A stretch of DNA of 64,000 bases, from positions 736,001 through 800,000 of the forward strand of contig CAVSGP010000004.1 of NCBI GenBank assembly GCA_963727505.1. The letters are read 5' to 3'. How positions within the stretch are numbered: the first letter of the stretch is position 1; each line of letters begins with the position of its first letter. This DNA comes from an uncultured Trueperaceae bacterium (lineage in GTDB: Bacteria > Deinococcota > Deinococci > Deinococcales > Trueperaceae). The notes beneath the pieces are model-generated. The model worked only from the letters and a program-made list of their open reading frames with translations. It did no database searches and was not told the origin of the DNA. Below, piece by piece: positions 41,172 through 50,098 of the stretch. Position numbers and translations under genes: made by a program.

Positions 41172-42902
41172 ATGGATATCGCCGTCTCCGACGCCGCTCG
41201 TGACATCGTAGGGCGCGAGCGGACGCTGCTCGCCGACCTCCAGGCGTTGCTGGCCAGGCTGGAGGCCAAGGACGAGCATCTCGACGACCTGCGCAACGCC
41301 ATGCGCGACCTCGACGGCATCTTCATGCTGGTGGTGTGCGGCGAGTTCAACGCCGGCAAGTCGTCGCTCCTGAACGCGCTCGTGGGCGAGCGCGTCATGC
41401 CGGAGGGCGTCACCCCCACCACCGACCGCATCACCGTGGTGACCTACGCGGACAGCCCGAGCGAGAGCGAGGAGGCGCCGGCGCTGGTGCGCCGCAGCTA
41501 CCCGGCTCCGCTGCTGCGCGACCTGGCGCTCGTCGATACGCCCGGCACCAACGCCATCATCCAGCGCCACCAGGAACTCACCGAGCGCTTCGTGCCGCGC
41601 GCCGACCTGGTGCTGTTCGTCACCAGCGCCGACCGGCCCTTCACCGAGAGCGAGCGCACCTTCCTCGAGCTGATCGCCTCCTGGGGCAAGAAGGTGCTGA
41701 TGGTGGTGAACAAGCTCGACATCCTGGAGGGCGACGCGGAGCGCGAGAAGGTGATCGCCTACGTGCGCGATCACGCCAGCGAGACGCTGGGCACGACGCC
41801 GGAGGTCTTCGGGGTGTCGGCCAAGGCTGCCTTCAAGGCGCGCAAGGCCGACGATCTGGCAGGGGTGCAGGCGAGCGGGCTGGGCGCGCTCGAGCGCGCC
41901 ATCGCCTCACGGCTGGGCGAAGATCGGCTCAAGCTCAAGCTGTTGTCGCCGCTGGGGGTGGCGCGGCGCACCGCCGAGCACTACCGCTCGGTGCTGGACA
42001 ACCGCCTCGAGTTGCTCTCGACCGACCGCCGCACGCTGGAGGAGATCGAGCGCCAGCGCGAGCAGTTCGAGAAGGACATGCGGCGCGAGTACGAGGGCTA
42101 CCTGTCGCGCATCGAGAACGTGCTGCTGGAGGTCGAGAAGCGCGGCAACGAGTTCTTCGACGACACCGTGCAGCTGCGCAAGGTCTTCATGCTCATGAAC
42201 ACCGAGCGGGTGCGGGAGGCCTTCCAGAACCGGGTGCTCAAGAACGTCGACAGCGATATCGACCGGGCCGTCAGCGACATGGTCGACTGGTTCATCCAGC
42301 GCAACCTGCAGCTCTGGGAGGACGTCATGACCTTCGTCAACGAGCGCCGCGCCGCCGAGCGCGAGCGCGTCATCGGCGAGGTGGGCGGTCGCTTCCAGTA
42401 CGACCGGCAGGTGCTGGTGCGCTCCCTGCACGAGCGCTCCGAGACGGTGCTGGAGGGCTACGACCAGAAGGCCGAGTCGGCCCGGCTGGCGGACTCGCTG
42501 CAGAGCTCGGTGGTGCAGTCGGGCCTGCTCGAGGTCGGCGGCCTGGGGCTGGGCGCAGCCGTGCTGGCCATCCTGACGACGACGGCGGTCGACGTCACCG
42601 GTATCGCGCTGGGGTTGGCGCTGATGGGCGTGGGCCTGCTGGTGATGCCGCGGCAGCGCCGCAAGGCCAAGCGCGAGCTGGCGCGCAAGATGGAGGAGCT
42701 GCGCGCCGGCCTGAGCGAGAGCCTGGCGTCGCAGGTCGACACCGAGCTGGCGCGCTCGCAGGAGAAGCTGTCGGGCGCCATCAACCCCTACACCCGCTTC
42801 GTGCGCGCCGAGCTGGACCGGCTGGGCGAGCTGCACGGGGAACTCGACGGCTTCGACGAGCGCATGTCGGCGGTCAAGCGCGAGGTCGAGGCGCTGGGGT
42901 AG
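41172..42902 (+). CDS. Bacterial dynamin-like GTPase
   Basis: GEFNAGKS, GVTPTT, DTPG and NKLD motifs; helical stalk plus two C-terminal hydrophobic helices. Confidence 0.9.
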   Translation: MDIAVSDAARDIVGRERTLLADLQALLARLEAKDEHLDDLRNAMRDLDGIFMLVVCGEFNAGKSSLLNALVGERVMPEGVTPTTDRITVVTYADSPSESEEAPALVRRSYPAPLLRDLALVDTPGTNAIIQRHQELTERFVPRADLVLFVTSADRPFTESERTFLELIASWGKKVLMVVNKLDILEGDAEREKVIAYVRDHASETLGTTPEVFGVSAKAAFKARKADDLAGVQASGLGALERAIASRLGEDRLKLKLLSPLGVARRTAEHYRSVLDNRLELLSTDRRTLEEIERQREQFEKDMRREYEGYLSRIENVLLEVEKRGNEFFDDTVQLRKVFMLMNTERVREAFQNRVLKNVDSDIDRAVSDMVDWFIQRNLQLWEDVMTFVNERRAAERERVIGEVGGRFQYDRQVLVRSLHERSETVLEGYDQKAESARLADSLQSSVVQSGLLEVGGLGLGAAVLAILTTTAVDVTGIALGLALMGVGLLVMPRQRRKAKRELARKMEELRAGLSESLASQVDTELARSQEKLSGAINPYTRFVRAELDRLGELHGELDGFDERMSAVKREVEALG

Positions 42903-42950
42903 GGAAACGGGCTCGCCCAGGGCGAGGCGCGGGGTGCTAGACTCTCCGCC

Positions 42951-43799
42951 ATGGCTCGAACCGACCGTCCACGCATCGCCTACCAGGGCGTGGCCGGGGC
43001 GTTCAGCGAGGAGGCGGCGCTCAAGTTCGCACCCGATGCCGAGGCCGTGGGCTTCACCAACTTCGGGGACGCGTTCGCCGCCGCGGTCAGCGGCGACTGC
43101 CAGTTCGCCTGCCTGCCGGTCGAGAACAGCCTGGCCGGCTCCATCAACCAGACCTACGACCTGCTCACGGACTCCGTGCTGCACGTGGTCGGCGAACAGA
43201 TCGTGCGCGTGCACCACAACCTCATGGTGAAACCCGGCGTGAAGCTCGAGGACGTGAAGCGCGTCTACAGCCACACCCAGGCCCTGCAGCAGTGCCAGAG
43301 CTACATCCGCAAGCACGGCTTCGAGGCGGTCACCGACTTCGACACCGCCGGCGCCGCCAAGCTGCTGGCGGAGAACGGCGGCCAGGGCAAGGCGGCCATC
43401 GCCAGCAAGCGCGCGGCCGAGGCCTACGGGCTCGAGGTGCTCGCCGAGGACATCGAGGACCTGGACTTCAACTTCACGCGCTTCTTCGTGCTCGGCACCG
43501 ACGAGCGCCAGAAGGAGAGCGACGCGAGCAAGACCAGCCTGGTGCTCGCCACCCGCCACAAGCCGGGCTCGCTGGTCGACTGCCTGCAGGAGTTCCCTCG
43601 CAACGGCATCAACATGACCAAGCTCGAGTCGCGCCCGCGCCGCGACAAGCCCTGGAGCTACCTCTTCTACGTCGACATCGAGGGCCACATCGAGGACGAG
43701 AACGTGGCCACGGCCATCACCGCGCTGATGCGCAAGGCGGCGTTCGTGAAGTTCCTGGGGAGCTATCCGGCGGCGCCGAGCGTGGTGGAGATCGAGTAG
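42951..43799 (+). CDS. pheA: Prephenate dehydratase
   Basis: YQGVAGAFSE, PVENS, TRF and ESRP ACT-domain motifs. Confidence 0.96.
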   Translation: MARTDRPRIAYQGVAGAFSEEAALKFAPDAEAVGFTNFGDAFAAAVSGDCQFACLPVENSLAGSINQTYDLLTDSVLHVVGEQIVRVHHNLMVKPGVKLEDVKRVYSHTQALQQCQSYIRKHGFEAVTDFDTAGAAKLLAENGGQGKAAIASKRAAEAYGLEVLAEDIEDLDFNFTRFFVLGTDERQKESDASKTSLVLATRHKPGSLVDCLQEFPRNGINMTKLESRPRRDKPWSYLFYVDIEGHIEDENVATAITALMRKAAFVKFLGSYPAAPSVVEIE

Positions 43800-43902
43800 G
43801 GCTCGCAACGTCTGGGGGCCGCGCAGAGCGGCGGAACACGCTCACCGACACCCGTTCCGCTGGGTACGATAGCGACAGTCTCGTCCCGGAGCCACTTTGC
43901 CG

Positions 43903-46866
43903 ATGAAGTTCGTCGCGACCCTCGCCTGCCTGCTCGCCGCGCTCCTCAGCGCGACCGCCTTCGCTCAGACCGCGACGATCGACGTCAACGCACCGCCGGA
44001 CCGGCTGGCGCTGCCGGGGGCGTTCGTGACGCTGGTCTACGTGGTGAAGAGTCCCGTCAGCGGCCAGGCGCAGGTCGAGGTCGCGTCGCAGCACGGGTAC
44101 ACCCTCCTGGCGCCACCGCCCACGGCGAACCTCATGGCCGGCGTCGCGACGCCCTTCGCGGTCACCGTGGAGATCCCGAACGACGCGCCGGCACTGTCGG
44201 TGGACGCCGTGACCCTGACCGTGACGCTAGGCAGGCGTCCAAGCGCAGGGGACGGTGCACGTCACCATCGGGGAGAAGCGCGGCCTGACGATCCAGGCGC
44301 CAGCGGAGGTAGCGGTGTCGGCCGGAACGATCACCTTCACGGTGGTCAACCAGGGGAACGTCGAGGAGAAGGGATCGTTCCTGGTCACGCAGAACGGGAC
44401 GACAGTCCTCGAGCGTGCGCTCGCGCTAGCCGGGGGTGACCGCCAGGCCGTGACGGTCCCTGCAACCAAGCCCGGGTCGGTCCAGGCGACCTTCTCGGTC
44501 GGTGGCAAGGAGCTGGCGCGCGGCTTCACCCGGGTGGTCCAGCAGGGCGTCCCGTCACCGCCGCCGATCCGGCTCCATGCGGACGTAACGGGCTCGATCG
44601 ACACGACCGCGGCGTGGGGCTTCTCCGTGAAGGTGCAGGGGTCGCTCTCGGACTACCTGACGACCTCCGGGGCGCTCTACGTCGATCGACCGCCGCTCGA
44701 GCTCGCTGTCGCTCGATGCGCCCGGTTGGCAGGCGTCGATCGGCGCACTCGGCGGAGCCCCGCTCGGACTGTCGCTGCCGTCCGAGCTGGGGATCCGTGG
44801 GGCCTACAAGGACGGACCCTGGACCGCCGGGGGCGGCGCCACCTGGATCGGCGCCGACCGCTTCGCCGGGTACGCCTTCGGCGGCCGCAAGGACGAGCAC
44901 ACGGTGTACGCCGGCGCCGTCGGCATGCACGCCGGAACGCCCATGGCCGTGCTCTCGGCCGGACAGACCCACAAGGCGAGCACCTGGACGATCGCCGCAA
45001 CGTTGCTCGACGGCTCGCTCTCGGGTTCGGCGGCCGCCAGACAGCGGGACCCCGAGACGAAGGGAACGGCCAACGTCTCGGTCGGCGTCTCTCGGGCTGC
45101 TCACGGACAGCGGGACGCTCCAGGTCAGCGCGGGATACAGCGACGGCCTCGCCAGCCTCTACGGCAGCGCGACCGCGCCGATCGGCTCGCAGGCGGTCGG
45201 GGAGCGCCAGGGGCGGGGCGGTCCTACGGCTCCCGGTGCCGATCGCCGGCAGCCTCTACCTCCATCTGCAGGGGGCACCGACGAGAGCTTCGCCTCCCTC
45301 GGCTACGCTGCGGCCTTGGGCAGCGGGATCCAGACGAGCGACAGCCTCGGGATCACCAACGCCGGCGGGTCACCGGGCGTGCACGCGTCGACGTCGTGGG
45401 CCTACGTCGCTGGCCCCGGGAACACGTTGGGGGCCGATGCCGACCTCATCTACACGACCGGCCGACGGCAGCGTGACGGGGCGCGTCGCGGCGCGCTACG
45501 CCGCGGGCTTCGGCCCTGCCGCCTTCAGCGTCAGCGGGGGCTGGGACCTGGGCCAGGGGACGGTCGGGATGGGCAGCGCCTTCTCATGGGACGGAGGGCC
45601 CTGGAGCCTGCAGGTCAACGGCGACGCCGGGCTGGACACCGTCACGGACGCTTTCAACTTCGGCCTGGGCCTGACCGGGCACGTGGCCGTCGACTTCGAC
45701 GTTCCGGAGTCGGTCGTGCGCGCCACCGGCGGCCGCCGGCTCGGGCACCCTCGAGGGGCTCGTCCACGCCGGGTCGGCAGGGCGTCCCGGGCGTGACCGT
45801 CAGGGTCGGGCCCGTACCGGGTCGCACCGGCAAGGACGGTCGCTTCGACGTCCAGCTTCCGCCCGGCGAAGTCCGGCTGGCCCTCGACCTCATGACCCTG
45901 CCCATCCAGTACCAGGTCGAGGGCCCGCTTGAGCGCACGGTCACCCTCGCCGCCCGGCATACCGCGCACGCCGACTTCCCGGTCGTCGCTTCGGCGGCCT
46001 CACGGGCAGCGTGCTCCTGGACAGCGATGGCAACGGCACGCCGGACACGCCGCCCAAGTCCGGCGGAGGCACCGTCCTCCTCACGACGGGGGCCGAGCAG
46101 CCCGCGCGCCCTCCAGGTCGACGCGAACGGGAACTTCTCGGCTCGCGGGCTGCTTCCCGGCACGGCAACGCTGAAGCTGTCGAATCTCCCGCTGGGCTCG
46201 CAGGTCGAAGGCGCGGACACGCAGACGGTCGACGCTGCGGGCCGGGAGCGTCAGCCACGCCACCTTCCTCGTCGAGCCCGCCGTCGTGAGCGCGCCGGTA
46301 TTCGGCGCCAGCAGCTTCCGGATCCGGTCGGTCGCGACGGAGGTCGCCAAGGTGCCCCCCGGCGCCGCGCCGCTCGTCACCGTGAAGGTGCAGGGGCATG
46401 CCGACGCGCGTGGACGTCGTCGTGAACGGCGCCGAGCCACGCCCTGAAGGGCAAAGCGGCGACACCTGGACGGGCCGCGTGCCGGTGCCACCGGACGCCA
46501 AGAACGGGGTGTTGAGTACCAGGTCGTGGCGACGAGCGGGGCGGCCACTGTCGAAGCGCGACGGTCAGCTCCTGGTCGACCCGTCGGCCGCGGCCGTAAC
46601 TCGGCGAAGGCGAACGGTGCCGGCCAAGGCTGGGCGGCGTCCAGAAGGTGAACGTGACGGTCTACCTGCAGGCGACGAGCGTGAGCTGACATCGCCGTTC
46701 GGTGGTCGGGTGAAGGCTCGGAGAGCGCAACCCGGCCGCTGGACGGCCGACCTCCCGGTCCCCGACGGCACGAAACCGGACATCTACAGCGCGAGCTACA
46801 CCGTCACGACCGAAGACGGTCGCACGCTGACCGGGGACGTGCGGTTCCGGGTCGTCGCCCCCTTGA
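43903..46866 (+). pseudogene. Large exported/outer-membrane usher-like protein, multiply frameshifted
   Basis: Signal peptide MKFVATLACLLAALLSATAFAQ; Ig-like N-terminal domains; Gly/Ser/aromatic alternating beta-strands; C-terminal GVPGVTV…TGKDGRF and VLLDSDGNG beta-sandwich repeats; protein-like sequence hops between frames at least about 10 times. Confidence 0.6.
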
Positions 46867-46890
46867 GTGCTTGGTCGGCTTCGGCTTGCC

Positions 46891-47853
46891 TCAGGGGTTG
46901 GGTTGCGCCGCGTAGGTCGCGGTGAAGCTGTAGGCTCCCGCCGCTTCGCCGCCGTCCACATGCAGCCCGAAGTCGGACGGCGTCAGGAAGGTCACGTAGC
47001 CGCGGTGGCCCGACGTGCTGCTGAAGACGTAGCCATCGGCCTGCGGTCCGCCGAAGATCCGGATGTCGGGCACGCCCAGAGACGAGTTCGGTCGGCCCCG
47101 AGTTCTCCACCACCGTCACGTCGACGCGGTAGCCGGTGGGGTTGTTCGTGGCGACTGCCAGATCGACTGAAGTCGCCGACGTCATCGGCAGAAGATGCAC
47201 CGGTTCGCACGGCCTGGAGGTAGGTGACGAAGTTCGAGAGGGTGTAGTCGAAGTCAACGCTCGCCGTCTGCCCCGCCGGCACAGCCGTCGAGGAGGAGGG
47301 ACACGTACGATGGGATCGTCACCGTGATGGTCGTCGTGACGGAGTCTCGCACCTTGTTCCCGTGGCTCGGTGGGCCGTTCGCATCCCACGCGTGGAAGGT
47401 CACGGTCGTGGTGTAGGTACCTGGCGGCTCGCTGCCGTCGATGCGCAGCCGGTACTCGACCGAGACGTCGGTCTTGTTGACGTCGTGCGTGAAGAGCGTG
47501 ACCGGGATCGTCGAGATGGGCGCCCAGTCCAGTACGATCGGCTCGATGTGCGGCCCCGACAGGGTGATCCGCGCCTCCAACGTCATCGGTGTCGGCGGGG
47601 ACCAAGGGGACCGCGAGACCTCGAGGCTGTAGGCGTTCTTCTTGTCCTGCAGTACCTGGAAGGCGATCGGCGACGTCGGGCTGGTCGGGCTCAGCGCGCC
47701 ACCGACCGCGGCCGCGTACTCGGCCTGGGTGGGCAGGAACTGCACGCCGTTGCTGCAGTCCTTCGGGGGGACGCAGTGGATGGTCTGGGAACCGCAGCTC
47801 CCCCGCCAGGCCGATCGCCACAGCGAGACAATGGGCGCAGAGAGCCAACGCAC
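46891..47853 (-). pseudogene. Two-domain pilin/adhesin-like secreted protein, frameshifted
   Basis: GTG start overlapping the upstream TAG; two domains ending IDGSEPPGTYTTTVTF and VDGGEAAGAYSFTATY; spread over ORFs 47254..48183, 46992..47282, 46796..47848 and 46891..47073. Confidence 0.55.
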
Positions 47854-48622
47854 TACTGCACCTCGTACGGTAGTTGTCCCGGTCAGAAGGCCCCCGCGGG
47901 AGTCTTTGAGGAGAAGCAGAAGGACATAGTAGCCCTTCGGTAGGTCCGGCATCTTGACCGAGATGTCCCGTTCGCTCTCCCTGAGGATGGCGCTACTACC
48001 GACCGAAAGGCTCTGGACAGTATTTCCGGTGGTGTCCCGCACCTCGATCGAGCCCGAATACCGCATCACCGTGTTGCCCTCGTTGGCGACGATGGCGTGG
48101 ACGCTAGAAGCCATCGCGGTACATGTCGGTGAGCTTCGATCCGTTCTTCTCGGTGCCGGCGACGGTGACATAAACGACCACACCGACCCGCTGCCGCATC
48201 GAGACCTGCGTACCCGAAGCCGTTCCCGGCGCCGCGGGCGTCTCTACGAACATCACGGCGTTGTAGGTCCCGGCCAGCATCGGGTCGTTGGGCACCTGGA
48301 TGTTGAGCCGGACTGACTGCTGCCCCGCCCCCGTCATTTCCACCGAATCGCTCGGGAGCTGGATCCAGGACGCGGCGCTTAGGCGACCTCTCCCGGCGCC
48401 AGGTACGTGAGCTGACCGTCTTGCGCCATCGCCCAATCATTCGTCGCCAGGCCGAGCCGTACAGCGTCGGTGCCCGTCCAGATCGCATCGAACGTCGTGG
48501 TAACCGACCCCCCCACGGGGACTGTTGACATCGATTCGCGGTGGCGAGACGCCGATGTCCGCCGCATGCGCGGCGGACATCCAGGGAAACAAGAGTATGA
48601 GGAGTGAGGGGGATCGGCGCAT
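47853..48622 (-). pseudogene. Fimbrial chaperone-like (PapD-like/Ig-fold) protein, frameshifted
   Basis: Signal peptide …AAHA, IGVSPPRI, SWI…V.L.IQVP…GTY.AVMFVE, RVGVVVYV, ANEGN..R..G motifs; ends EVQ-TAG. Confidence 0.6.
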
Positions 48623-48633
48623 TGCTCATCACA

Positions 48634-49190
48634 TCATGGCACGGAGGCCGAGTAGGTTACCGTGTAGGTGTAATCGCCGGGGGTCTCGGTGCCGGTCAGG
48701 CCGAAGCTGAAGTCGGAGCTGTCCGTGATGAGTGTCTGCCAGCTCGGAGCCGTAGTGTTGTTCGTGCCGTTGATCGTCATGGTCGGATTGGTCGTGAGCG
48801 CTGATGTTGAGCATGATCTCGCCCATCACCGTCCCGTCCATGCCCGTACCACTGCCCGCGGAGGTGATAGGCCGTCACTGTGACGTTGCCGGAGGCGTTC
48901 GTGAACCCCTCGAGCGAACCGAAGGCCGTGCTGCTATCCGGCGCCAGCGACACGGTGCCGCTCGTGGCCGCATTGCGGATCTCGGCAACGGTGGGCGTGA
49001 AGCTGACGTCGTAGGTGCGGTACCGTTCAGACGAAGCATGACGACGTACGGGATGTGGACGAGGACGTGTGCTGGACCGGCCATCGATTCGCGCCATTCG
49101 TGGTCGCGATGAAGTCGTCGACTGCGCAAACGACGCGCCGACCGTTCCCAGGAGGAGTGCAGCTGCTGCGATGAGGATGGTCTTCTTCAT
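48634..49190 (-). pseudogene. Major pilin-like secreted subunit, frameshifted
   Basis: MKKTILIAAAALLLGTVGASFAQ signal; Thr/Ser/Gly-rich; C-terminus LTGTETPGDYTYTVTYSASVP-TGA; GGAGGG RBS. Confidence 0.62.
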
Positions 49191-49215
49191 AACGTTCCCT
49201 CCGGATCAAACAGAA

Positions 49216-49290
49216 TCGGCCGGTCGCGCTACTAGCTCCACCTGTCCCAAGCGCCCGAATACAGGATCAGGTTTCATCGCTTCCGAAGGG
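49216..49290 (-). ncRNA. c-di-GMP-II riboswitch
   Basis: Minus strand TCGGAAGCGATGAAACCTGATCCTGTATTCGGGCGCTTGGGACAGGTGGAGCTAGTAGCGCGACCGGCC matches the class II pattern GGAA…AUGA…GGGC(A/G)CUUG…GAG(C/U)UAGUAG(U/C)GC.ACCG; ACCTG/CAGGT stem; GCGCT/AGCGC pseudoknot. Confidence 0.88.
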
Positions 49291-49560
49291 ATCCCCGCCA
49301 GCTCGATTTGGTGGGGAGTTCGTAAGACTGACCGGAGCCTAGCCAGGGCAGACTTACAGAACTCTTAATCGGCGTGCTGTTTGTGGAGTCCTTTACGCGT
49401 CCTGGACGGGTTTGTTGGAAATCCCACAGAATGCGGCTCGCCGCGGCCTCTTCCGATGCGCTGCAGAGATGCCGTCCTGGACGAAGGTTCGGCGTGCGGG
49501 TGCTCCAGCGACGAGAGCAGGCCGTCCGACGGGCACGTGGGTCCCCGAGGACACGGCGCC

Positions 49561-49600
49561 GCACAGCCAGAGCACAGCCAGAGCACAGCCCGAATACAGC
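49561..49600. repeat. 11-bp tandem repeat GCACAGCCAGA (about 3.6 copies)
   Basis: GCACAGCCAGA GCACAGCCAGA GCACAGCCCGA ATACAGC. Confidence 0.8.
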
Positions 49601-49684
49601 GCCGTCGATCCCGCACCCGCCGTGCGCCCGCCCCCTAGCCACACGTTGGCCACCCCGCGCCCACCCCGCGCCTACACTGGAGGC

Positions 49685-50065
49685 ATGAACGACGGGCCCG
49701 AAGCCACACCCCGCGGCGACCGCCCCGGCGACCGCCCTTCCATCCGCCTGGACAACGTCCTCAAGCTCGCCGGCATCGCCGAGACCGGCGGTCAGGCGAA
49801 GCGCATGATCCAGGGCGGGGAGGTGCGGGTGAACGGCACGGTCGAGACGCGCCGCAAGCACATGCTCCACGACGGGGACGAGGTCGAGGTGCAGGGCGAG
49901 ACCTTCGTCGTCGAGTTGACGAGCGAGGACGAGCTCGAGGACGACATGGACGATGTCCTGGACGACGGCCCGCACCCTGCAACGGACACCCCACCCAGTG
50001 GCGCAGCGGAGGAGAACGGGCCCGACGGCGCGCCGGACCCCGACGCTCGCCCACCCCGCACCTGA
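49685..50065 (+). CDS. RNA-binding S4 domain protein (YaaA/YbcJ-like) with acidic tail
   Basis: IRLDNVLKLAGIAETGGQAK..IQGGEVRVNG.VETRR motif. Confidence 0.9.
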   Translation: MNDGPEATPRGDRPGDRPSIRLDNVLKLAGIAETGGQAKRMIQGGEVRVNGTVETRRKHMLHDGDEVEVQGETFVVELTSEDELEDDMDDVLDDGPHPATDTPPSGAAEENGPDGAPDPDARPPRT

Positions 50066-50098
50066 CCCAGCCGAGCCCCCGAAACCCGCCAGGCTCCG

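Noticed and set aside
43903..49190. Programmed frameshifting or phase variation as the cause of the broken ORFs
   Set aside because: Too many shifts at unrelated sequence contexts; no single slippery or simple-repeat tract explains them
49561..49600. CRISPR array
   Set aside because: 11-bp units with no spacers and no cas genes in the window
43800..49680. Prophage or integrative element carrying the pilus locus
   Set aside because: No integrase, transposase or flanking direct repeats visible
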